NCBI GenBank assembly: GCA_947625115.1
Contig: CANQND010000001.1
Coordinates: 5,678 to 69,677 of the forward strand
Source: an uncultured Clostridia bacterium
GTDB taxonomy: Bacteria > Bacillota > Clostridia > Christensenellales > CAG-314
Direction of reading: 5' to 3'
Length of the DNA: 64,000 nucleotides
The position numbers and the translations under genes were made by a program. The notes below the pieces were generated by a model, which saw only the letters and a list, made by a program, of their open reading frames with translations, searched no databases and was not told where the DNA came from. Positions 57,246 to 64,000 of this stretch are shown here, piece by piece. Numbering within the stretch: position 1 is the stretch's first letter; each line of letters starts with the position of its first letter.

Positions 57246-57276
57246 ACTTCACTTTGCGCGTAGCGCAAAACTTCAC
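57246..57276 (-). repeat. 31-nt copy of the GTGAAGT-hairpin repeat unit (inverted orientation) in the proS 5' UTR
   Basis: ACTTCAC-TTTGCGCGTAGCGCAAA-ACTTCAC is the reverse complement of 58787-58817 with 30 of 31 identities. Confidence 0.85.
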
Positions 57277-57293
57277 TATCACAAGGAGTTTGT

Positions 57294-58727
57294 ATGCCTG
57301 AAAAATTTGTAACGCAAATCGCCGATATCAACGAAAACTTTACCCAATGGTACACCGACGTAGTACTGAAAACGCAACTTGTCGATTACGGTCCCGTCAA
57401 GGGTACAATGGTTATACGCCCTTACGGCTACGCCATTTGGGAAAACATTCAGCGCGAATTGGACGCCCGTTTCAAAGCCACGGGACACCAAAACGCTTAC
57501 TTCCCGATGCTTATCCCAATGAGCCTGCTCAACAAGGAGGCGGAACACGTTGAGGGTTTTGCCCCCGAGGTGGCTGTGGTAAACGTTGCGGGCGGCGAAA
57601 CTTTGGCGGAACCCGTCGTCATTCGTCCCACCAGCGAAACTATCATTTGCAATATGTATTCCAAGTGGGTCAACAGCTATCGCGATCTGCCCTTGAAACT
57701 CAACCAATGGGCAAACGTGGTGCGTTGGGAAAAGACTACCAGACCGTTTTTGCGCACGTCGGAATTTTTGTGGCAGGAGGGTCACACGATACACGCCACT
57801 CGCGAAGAATCGCTCAAAGAAACTTTGGATATGCTGTACCTGTACCGCGATTTCGCTCGCGAAGTGCTTGCAATGCCCACGTTTATCGGGCAGAAGAGCG
57901 AAAAGGAGAAATTTGCGGGGGCGGAAGCCACTTTCGGAATGGAAGCTATGATGTTGGACGGCAAGAGTTTGCAAGCGGGTACTACCCACCACTTCGGGCA
58001 AAAATTCAGCCGCGCCTACGACATTCAATTCCTTGACAGGGACGGCACGCACAAGTACGTGTGGCAATCGAGTTGGGGAGTTTCCACTCGTCTTATCGGC
58101 GGACTTATAATGGCACACGGCGACAGTCGCGGCTTGGTGTTGCCTCCCAAAGTTGCGCCCGTGCAAATTGTCGTCATTCCCGTTGCCGCCCACAAAGAGG
58201 GCGTTGCCGAAAAGGCGGCGCAAGTTGCCGAACAACTTCGTGCAAAGGGCTTGCGAGTCGAACTCGACGTCCGCGATCAATCGCCGGGGTGGAAGTTTAA
58301 CGAATGGGAAATGAAAGGGGTACCTCTGCGCATAGAAATCGGTCCCAGAGATATAGAAAACGGCGTTGCGACCTGTTCTCGTCGCGACACGTTGGAAAAG
58401 TTCACTTTGCCGCTCGATAGACTTGCCGACGAAGCCGCGTCGCTTTTGGAAGAAATTCAGACTGCAATGTACAACAAATCTCTCGCTTTCCGCGACGCAC
58501 ACGTAAAGTATGCTCACGATATGCGCGAACTCGGCGAAATTTTGGATAGCAAATGCTTTGCCAAAGTGGTTTGGGACAAGGACCCCGCTTGCGAGGCGGC
58601 TTTCAAAGAGAAGTATCAGGCAACCGTGCGCGTAATGTTGGACGAAACGCCTTTCCAAGATACTTGTACCTGTTGCGGCAAAAAAAGCGACAACCTTGTC
58701 GTGGCGATTGTGGCAAGAGCGTATTGA
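57294..58727 (+). CDS. proS: Prolyl-tRNA synthetase (short, archaeal/eukaryote-like type)
   Basis: 477 aa. WYTDVVLKTQLVDYGPVKGTMVIRPYGYAIWE, RWE...RPFLRTSEFLWQEGHT and GTTHHFGQKFS are ProRS class II motifs. Confidence 0.93.
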   Translation: MPEKFVTQIADINENFTQWYTDVVLKTQLVDYGPVKGTMVIRPYGYAIWENIQRELDARFKATGHQNAYFPMLIPMSLLNKEAEHVEGFAPEVAVVNVAGGETLAEPVVIRPTSETIICNMYSKWVNSYRDLPLKLNQWANVVRWEKTTRPFLRTSEFLWQEGHTIHATREESLKETLDMLYLYRDFAREVLAMPTFIGQKSEKEKFAGAEATFGMEAMMLDGKSLQAGTTHHFGQKFSRAYDIQFLDRDGTHKYVWQSSWGVSTRLIGGLIMAHGDSRGLVLPPKVAPVQIVVIPVAAHKEGVAEKAAQVAEQLRAKGLRVELDVRDQSPGWKFNEWEMKGVPLRIEIGPRDIENGVATCSRRDTLEKFTLPLDRLADEAASLLEEIQTAMYNKSLAFRDAHVKYAHDMRELGEILDSKCFAKVVWDKDPACEAAFKEKYQATVRVMLDETPFQDTCTCCGKKSDNLVVAIVARAY

Positions 58728-58904
58728 GCGTTCCGACCACTCGTGCGTTCCGACCACTTGTCGCTCGGGACATTCGCCCGAGGACAGTGAAGTTTTGCGC
58801 TATGCGCAAAGTGAAGTTGTGCTGTCGCACAGTGAAGTACGCCTTGCGGCGTGTGAAGTTTGCGGCGTTGCCGCAAGTTGAGGACGGGGCGTAAACGCCC
58901 GAAC
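58728..58904 (+). repeat. Mosaic repeat copy A: duplicated GCGTTCCGACCAC, hairpin, 4x (GTGAAGT + short hairpin), terminal hairpin
   Basis: GTGAAG occurs at 58787, 58811, 58832 and 58853 (spacing 24, 21, 21). Each is followed by a 12-17-nt palindrome. The copy is homologous to 59548-59800 (inverted) and 63718-63880. Confidence 0.85.
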
Positions 58905-59007
58905 AGTTTGCACTACTGTACGCGGGGAGTAGTTGATTACTGCGTATGATATATTTAATATTTCAATATACTTTGCCCAAAGGGAACAACTCGGCAACGG
59001 AAATATA

Positions 59008-59071
59008 AACCGTCCCCGTCGTTGAGCAAAATGGGTCCCCGCGCAAGTACGCAAATACTTGCGTGGGAAGA
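59008..59071 (+). repeat. Repeat module M3 (GC-rich long hairpin), second copy at 63937-64000
   Basis: AAACCGTCCCCGTCG..GCAAAATGGGTCCCCGCGCAAGTACGCAAATACTTGCGTGGGAAGA is near-identical to the window end. Confidence 0.8.
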
Positions 59072-59303
59072 GGAGCCGCCGACTGTTAGCGGTACCGAGC
59101 GCGCTTGCGCGCTTGGTGCTAACCAAAGCCGTGCGGCGACGAGGGGGAAGGGGGACCGCCGTTAGGCGGTGGAAGAGGAATATTTGCAACCAACTCGGTT
59201 AAATGAGTTGCAATTACAAAACTAACTTTGTGTTACAATTATAACTAAAAAAGACAATTCCCTTTGTTTTGATACAGAGGGAATATTTTTAGCAATATAT
59301 AGT

Positions 59304-59486
59304 TTGCTTTTCAAGTCGAAACTCATCAGTCACCTAACGGTGACGACTGCGTTGGGGCGTTAGAAAAGCCCCAACTTGCCCGCGCTGGTTTCAGGTAGAC
59401 TACTTGCTTTTTAGGTCGAAACTCATCAGTCACTTTCAGTGACGACTGCGTTGGGGCGTTAGAAAAGCCCCAACTTGCCCGCGCTC
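59304..59486 (+). repeat. Tandem direct repeat, 2 units of ~83 nt with 100-bp period, each containing two hairpins
   Basis: Units start at 59304 and 59404. The GTCAC-loop-GTGAC stem is conserved while the loop differs (CTAACG versus TTTCA). The TTGGGGC-N9-GCCCCAA hairpin is identical in both. Confidence 0.85.
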
Positions 59487-59547
59487 ACGGCAAAGTGTCC
59501 ACAGGACACATTTGCTTTTCGTGGCGCGCTCTTTCATCGTGAAGAGA

Positions 59548-59800
59548 AACCTTATACACAGTCGTACACCGTATCCCTGCAAACGGGGGTGGGCGGTCGG
59601 GAATGTAAAGAGTTCGGGCGTTTACGTCCGTCCTCAACTTGCGGCAATGCCGCAAACTTCACACGCCGCAAGGCGTACTTCACTGTGCGACAGCACAACG
59701 TATCTTGCCGCACAGCGGCAAACTTAACTGTTCTCGGGCTAATGTCCCGAGCGACATACCGCCGCACGATTGGTCGGAACGCACGATTGGTCGGCACGGC
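59548..59800 (-). repeat. Mosaic repeat copy B (inverted relative to A and C), modules M1+M2
   Basis: Its reverse complement aligns with A over the hairpin array and with C over CCCGACC.CCCACCCC...GCAGGGATAC.GTGTACGACTGTG. Confidence 0.85.
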
Positions 59801-59804
59801 AACT

Positions 59805-60770
59805 TTATTTTTTGTGTACCACAATCTGCGGGAATGGGATATTTATTCCCTGTTCGTCAAACATATTTTTGACGGCGGCGTTGAGTTCTCTGCCTGCGGC
59901 AAATATATCCGCCTCTTTGCAGGTACAGCTGAATCTGAGCGTTACGCCGCTTGCGCCGAGTGCCGTTACGCCGTCGTAGGTAACTTCGCCTACTGCGTGT
60001 TCCACTTTGAGTTTTCCCACGTGTTTTTTGATAACTTTTTCCACTTCGGGCAGTTTTGCGCCGTATTCCACGTCGATGAAAGTATGCGCGTAGCTCAATT
60101 CCGTGTCGTGGTTGATAATGCCGCGCAGGTCGCTGTTGTTGAATATTTTTACGTCGCCGAAAGATTTTATCTTGGTGGTGCGTATGCCTATGGAAATTAC
60201 TTCGCCGTGGAAATCGCCCACCGTCACGTAATCGCCAACGTTAAATTCGTTTTCAAACACAATAAACAGTCCCGCAACTATGTCGGCTATCAAACTTTGC
60301 ATACCTAAACCTACAATCAATGTCAACACTCCCGCGCCCGTGATAAGAGCGGTGGTGTCCACGCCGAAAGCCGAAAGCACGATGATAACAAATATTACTG
60401 CCGTCAACCAATTGAGCAGGTTGCAAATCAGGCTGGAAATAGTCAAGCCGCGTTGCGTTTTGCCGAACGACTTGCGCACAATCAATGCCAACACGGTAAC
60501 TATCAACAGCAAAATGGTAACGGACTGTATGCACTTTGCCAAAACAGGCACAATTCCTATCGCTTTGTCGAAGAACAGCACGCCCGTGTTCGGTTGCGTA
60601 AACCAACTGTCCTCGGCAAACAGATAGCCGTAAAACACGTAGCTCAAAACCGTTATCACAAGCATTACGGAAAGCACTATCCAACGCGCGGGGCTAACGG
60701 CGCGAATACGCTTTTTTATTTCCGAATTGTCGTTATTTTTCTTTTTTTCCGATTGCTTTGATTTACTCAT
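59805..60770 (-). CDS. MscS-family mechanosensitive channel
   Basis: Three or more TM segments followed by LIADIVAGLFIVFENEFNVGDYVTVGDFHGEVISIGIRTTKI, the MscS beta-domain signature. Confidence 0.88.
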   Translation of the reverse strand: MSKSKQSEKKKNNDNSEIKKRIRAVSPARWIVLSVMLVITVLSYVFYGYLFAEDSWFTQPNTGVLFFDKAIGIVPVLAKCIQSVTILLLIVTVLALIVRKSFGKTQRGLTISSLICNLLNWLTAVIFVIIVLSAFGVDTTALITGAGVLTLIVGLGMQSLIADIVAGLFIVFENEFNVGDYVTVGDFHGEVISIGIRTTKIKSFGDVKIFNNSDLRGIINHDTELSYAHTFIDVEYGAKLPEVEKVIKKHVGKLKVEHAVGEVTYDGVTALGASGVTLRFSCTCKEADIFAAGRELNAAVKNMFDEQGINIPFPQIVVHKK

Positions 60771-60906
60771 AATAACCTCCTGTTTACACGGAAAATTATA
60801 CTACTTTCGCCCGAGTTATGCAACGAAAAACGCTCGGCAAAGCGTCCTGTCCTCCAAAAAGGTTGCAAAATAGTTGCGAATATAGTAAAATTATTGTTGT
60901 AAACTT

Positions 60907-62934
60907 ATGAAAAAAGCCGTTACGCTAATTGCATTATTTACGCTTTGTTGCGTTGTCGTGAGCTGTCTGACTTCGGGCGGCACGTTAGCCTATGCCGCAA
61001 GCGATATGAGCTACACTTTCGAGTGGGAGGGCGAACAGTTGCGCGTAAACAACATCGTTGACGCGCAGGGCAATTTGATAGGTCTTTACTTTGGCGGGTA
61101 CTACTTCGGCGAAAGCGGCATTGCCGTAAGCGTGAGGGTTTACGGCTCGGAGGAAATGGATCTGAATTTTGCCGTGGGCAGTGACAATCTCACCGATGGG
61201 CAAATCGCCATACGAAACAAAATGACGGCGTTATTCGGAGAAATACACACCTTTATCAACCGAGTGGACTCTTTGGCTAACACCACCTACGACGGTAGCT
61301 CTTATCCTAACGGCACGTCGTTGCCCGTTTCCGACGTGTATCGCTACAATCAAGCCAAGCAGGGCGACAAAATAGCCCTTTCAAAGGACTCATACAATAT
61401 GTTGCTTGCCGCGCGGGAAATGTACAACGCAACGGACGGAGCGTTTAACCCCGCCGTGTACCGTTTGGTGGATTTGTGGGGCTTTTCGTCACGTATCTAT
61501 TCGCAGGGCAAATTCGGCTTGCCCTACGACAGGAAAGTTGAGGCGGACTACTTTGCGCAGTACGGCTATCCGTTGCCCGACGAAAAGTACGTGGAGGCTT
61601 TTTCCGCGCCGAGCTTTACCGATTTTTCCGACAGCGCGGTTACCCTTTCGCAAGAGGGCGGCGACTTTTACGTGACAAAAAACGTTGCTCCCGCGGTGGT
61701 GGACGGCGTGGAATATCAGCAATGGATCGATCTCGGCGGCATTGCCAAGGGCTACGCCGTGGACGGTATACGCGAAATGCTTGCGCAAAACGGTATTGAT
61801 AAATTTTCCGTGGACGGCGGCAGTAGCAGTATGGCATACGGTTGGGACTACAACGGCGGCAATAACGTGTTGGCTATGGCGGATTCTTTCGACCCGATGT
61901 CGGTAATTTTCCCCGAGGCGTTGTTCTCCACGGAAGTGGGCAGGTGTAGCGTTTCCACAAGCGGACAAAACGTCCGCAAATACGTAACCGACGGCGTGGA
62001 GTACTCTCACATAATAGACGGCGTTAGCGGCGAACCCGCGCAAACGGGCGTGAGAAGCGTTATGGTAATCGTCCCCGAAGAGGCGGGTCTTGATTGGGCG
62101 ACCAAAGGCGACTGCCTCACCACGGCGTTGACGGTGATGGGCAGAGATAAAATCGTAGATTTTGTAAACGGCTACCTCAAAGACAACAATATCGGCATAG
62201 TGGTGCAGTACAAAGCGTTGGACGGCTCCAAGCAACTGTTATCCAATCTGGACAGGAGCAAATTGACGAGCTTATCCGACAGTTTTGACGAATTCGGCTG
62301 GGCTTTGAAACAAAACGACGACGGCGTGTTCGTGTACGACGCGCAAACAAATTTCCGCAACCCCGCAAACGTCTACGGAATTTTACTTACGGTACTCGGC
62401 TGTTTGTTGGGAGCGGCGTGCGTCGCGTTGATAATATATCATTTCGTCAAGGGGCGCAACCGCACTTTGAGCAACGTACGCAACGCCAAAAAGGACAAAC
62501 CTTTCAAAATAGGCGATTTGCTTGTGTATCTTGCGGTGATATTGGTTATCGCGGTGCTGTTTGTCGTGTTTGTGTTTGACGGCGACGGCAATCAGATCCA
62601 AACGGTAAACGCCGTGGACGATCAGACGGGCGAAACGCTGTTTACCTACAATTTGCAACGCAACGAGTACACCGTCAACGATTTCAACTCGGGCGGTTGG
62701 ACGGTGCAGGTTACAACTCTCCCCAACGGCGTGTCGGTAAGGCTGTCCAAAACAGTAAACGGCGATGAGCATTTCAACGAATTTACCGTCACGCGCGGAC
62801 GAAACGCCTCGGTAAAAATGACCGACTCCCTTTGCGGATTTCATCGCGACTGCGTGCAGACGTTCCCCGCGATAACCCGTAGCGGCGGAGCGATAGTGTG
62901 CAGTCCCAACAGGTTAAAGGTGGTGACGTTATGA
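60907..62934 (+). CDS. ApbE-family FAD:protein FMN transferase lipoprotein fused to two TM helices and a NusG_II (DUF1312)-like domain
   Basis: Lipobox VVSC. ApbE motif IDLGGIAKGYAVD. TM helices lie around residues 497-560. The C-terminus DSLCGFHRDCV...GGAIVCSPNRLKV resembles NusG domain II proteins. Confidence 0.75.
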   Translation: MKKAVTLIALFTLCCVVVSCLTSGGTLAYAASDMSYTFEWEGEQLRVNNIVDAQGNLIGLYFGGYYFGESGIAVSVRVYGSEEMDLNFAVGSDNLTDGQIAIRNKMTALFGEIHTFINRVDSLANTTYDGSSYPNGTSLPVSDVYRYNQAKQGDKIALSKDSYNMLLAAREMYNATDGAFNPAVYRLVDLWGFSSRIYSQGKFGLPYDRKVEADYFAQYGYPLPDEKYVEAFSAPSFTDFSDSAVTLSQEGGDFYVTKNVAPAVVDGVEYQQWIDLGGIAKGYAVDGIREMLAQNGIDKFSVDGGSSSMAYGWDYNGGNNVLAMADSFDPMSVIFPEALFSTEVGRCSVSTSGQNVRKYVTDGVEYSHIIDGVSGEPAQTGVRSVMVIVPEEAGLDWATKGDCLTTALTVMGRDKIVDFVNGYLKDNNIGIVVQYKALDGSKQLLSNLDRSKLTSLSDSFDEFGWALKQNDDGVFVYDAQTNFRNPANVYGILLTVLGCLLGAACVALIIYHFVKGRNRTLSNVRNAKKDKPFKIGDLLVYLAVILVIAVLFVVFVFDGDGNQIQTVNAVDDQTGETLFTYNLQRNEYTVNDFNSGGWTVQVTTLPNGVSVRLSKTVNGDEHFNEFTVTRGRNASVKMTDSLCGFHRDCVQTFPAITRSGGAIVCSPNRLKVVTL

Positions 62935-63563
62935 GAAAAACAGGCAAAACCTCTTTCTTTTCGGCGCGCCGCATTGCCACGCTATCCGTTTTGACGGCGA
63001 TGGGCTTGATAATGTTTATGGTAGAAAGCCTGTTTCCGCCGTTGTTTTTGCCGGGCGCGAAAATGGGCTTGTCCAACATCTTTTCAATGCTTGCTCTGTT
63101 TGTTCTCGGTCCGACTGAGGCTTTTGTGTTGGTGATAGTGCGCACAACGCTCGGCAGTGTGTTCACGGGCAACGTCAGTACTCTTTTGTACAGTATGACC
63201 GCGGGACTCGCTTCCGTAACCGTTTCCGCGTTGCTCACGGAGTTTGTGTATCCGCGCGTTTCCATTGTAGCCACTTCCATTGTGGCGGCGGTCACGCACA
63301 ACCTTGCGCAAAACATCGTGTTTTGCTTGGTGAGCAACACTCCCGAAATGTTCGCCTATATGCCGTGGCTGGCATTGTTGGGAGTAGTCGCGGGCGTGAT
63401 AGTCGGCTTTGCAGTGTGGTTCATTTTGCGGGCGGTTCCGCCGAAAGTGTTCCTCGGCGCGGCAGACTTGGAGGGCGTCGTTACGGCACAGGCTCCGCAG
63501 ACTCCCGAACAACCGACGGAAACCGAATTGTCGGATAGCGAAGTTTCCAAGCAGGACAAGTGA
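62931..63563 (+). CDS. Gx transporter family membrane protein (heptaprenyl diphosphate synthase component I-like)
   Basis: The ATG at 62931 overlaps the upstream stop (ATGA). LSVLTAMGLIMFMVESLFPPLFLPGAKMGLSNIFSM is typical of that family. Confidence 0.75.
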   Translation: MRKTGKTSFFSARRIATLSVLTAMGLIMFMVESLFPPLFLPGAKMGLSNIFSMLALFVLGPTEAFVLVIVRTTLGSVFTGNVSTLLYSMTAGLASVTVSALLTEFVYPRVSIVATSIVAAVTHNLAQNIVFCLVSNTPEMFAYMPWLALLGVVAGVIVGFAVWFILRAVPPKVFLGAADLEGVVTAQAPQTPEQPTETELSDSEVSKQDK

Positions 63564-63603
63564 CATTTGCAAGATAACGCGTAGCACGTTTGAAAATTTT
63601 TCC

Positions 63604-63643
63604 ACCCCATATGCGCAAAATTGCATATATGGGGTAATTTTTT
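63604..63643 (+). terminator. Rho-independent terminator
   Basis: CCCCATATGC...GCATATATGGGG followed by TAATTTTTT. Confidence 0.75.
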
Positions 63644-63717
63644 AGCTCTATGGCAAAGTCGGGGTTAAAGAAAAAACAATAAATAAATGTTTTACCCCGA
63701 CGATTTGCCATTTGAGC

Positions 63718-64000
63718 TTCCGACCACACGCAAGTCTTGTCGCTCAGGTATTCGCCCAAGGGCAGTGAAGTTTGCCGCTGTGCGGCAAGTGAAGTTGTGC
63801 TGTCGCACAGTGAAGTACGCTTTGCGGCGTGTGAAGTTTGCGGCATAGCCGCAAGTTAAGGACGGGGCAATAGACCCCGCCGTTCCACTCCCCGACCACC
63901 CACCCCTGTCCGCAGGGATACAGTGTACGACTGTGACAAAACCGTCCCTGTCGTGCAAAATGGGTCCCCGCGCAAGTACGCTAATACTTGCGTGGGAAGA
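63718..64000 (+). repeat. Mosaic repeat copy C (modules M1+M2+M3), runs off the window end
   Basis: GTGAAG occurs at 63765, 63789, 63810 and 63831, the same 24/21/21 spacing as copy A. M2 and M3 follow. Confidence 0.85.

Noticed and set aside
57212-57293. T-box leader upstream of proS.
   Set aside because: The leader is only ~50 nt after the predicted promoter. It has no specifier loop or T-box sequence, only the 31-nt repeat unit.
58787-58880. Possible CRISPR-like array, because of the regular 21-24-bp periodicity.
   Set aside because: - The repeated part is only a 7-mer.
- The 'spacers' are themselves palindromes.
- Those spacers are conserved between copies A, B and C.
- No cas genes are present.
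This is a dispersed repeat, not an adaptive array.
59208-59290. Possible tiny sRNA: a TGTTACAAT extended -10 element followed ~45 nt later by an ATTCCCT...AGGGAAT hairpin and a T-run.
   Set aside because: The spacing of the -35 candidates is wrong (14 or 20 nt), the hairpin loop is long, and there is no second copy for comparison. It is too speculative to call without transcript data.
59315-59345. Hammerhead-ribozyme-like core. The minus strand of both tandem units reads GUCAC-loop-GUGA-CUGAUGAG-UUUCGAC..GAAAA.
   Set aside because: - The nucleotide at the would-be cleavage position 17 is G, which is not allowed.
- Stem II would be only 2 bp.
- Two extra U residues precede the GAAA.
- The GAAA is not conserved in the second unit (CUAAAAAGC).
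The resemblance is most likely chance.
58800-60308. ORFs 58800-59189 (minus, 129 aa) and 59475-60308 (plus, 277 aa) spanning the repeat region.
   Set aside because: Their translations are repeat-derived, for example iterated SEV/HSEV from GTGAAGT. The second runs antisense through mscS. Neither has an RBS or recognisable motifs.

Overview
The window looks like chromosome from a Firmicutes/Clostridia-type bacterium. The evidence is lipobox lipoproteins, an S-box leader on metK, a CIRCE operator, recD2-comFC-secA-prfB synteny, and TTGACA-17-TAxAAT promoters. Coding density is high and hand-counted sample lines give roughly 45-57% GC.

Layout:
- 1-14.5 kb: maltodextrin/pullulan utilisation locus. 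It holds a binding lipoprotein, two permeases, an 870-aa MsmX/MalK-type ATPase, a pullulanase and two further GH13 enzymes.
- 14.7-20.9 kb: compositionally mosaic, AT-rich accessory segment (a sample line counts 23% GC) beside a Met-Glu-Val tRNA operon. One minus-strand gene string encodes an SPFH/Zn-ribbon gene broken by an in-frame TAA, a 4-TM protein, a small protein with an Rx4H (HEPN-like) motif and a Zn-ribbon protein. A divergent XRE regulator and an orphan 2-TM protein lie nearby. No integrase or transposase is visible.
- 21.7-27.5 kb: ABC ATPase, 580-aa ABC-2 permease and a 1071-aa Big_2/beta-helix surface protein, translationally coupled.
- 27.6-38 kb: housekeeping block (S-box-metK, recD2, comFC, secA, prfB, DUF3737-like, PatB/MalY-like).
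- 38-52.7 kb: flippase-like membrane protein, CIRCE-hsp20, a 1353-aa RND pump, cls, a membrane-anchored XRE protein, GH13, HAD and lipoproteins.
- 52.8-57.2 kb: a cobalamin riboswitch drives a three-gene operon (two lipoproteins and a small membrane protein). It sits back-to-back with a DUF4430-like lipoprotein plus S-component-like membrane protein pair.
- 57.2-64 kb: proS, mscS, an ApbE-NusG_II fusion and a Gx-transporter-like gene. An unclassified mosaic repeat family is embedded here, built from GTGAAGT 7-mers alternating with short hairpins. It has three long copies and one 31-nt copy, and there is also a 100-bp tandem structured repeat.

Best candidates for something undescribed: the B12-riboswitch lipoprotein locus, the GTGAAGT-hairpin repeat family including its inverted copies bracketing proS, and the HEPN-like module in the AT-rich segment.

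All family assignments come from motif recognition by eye. No searches were run.
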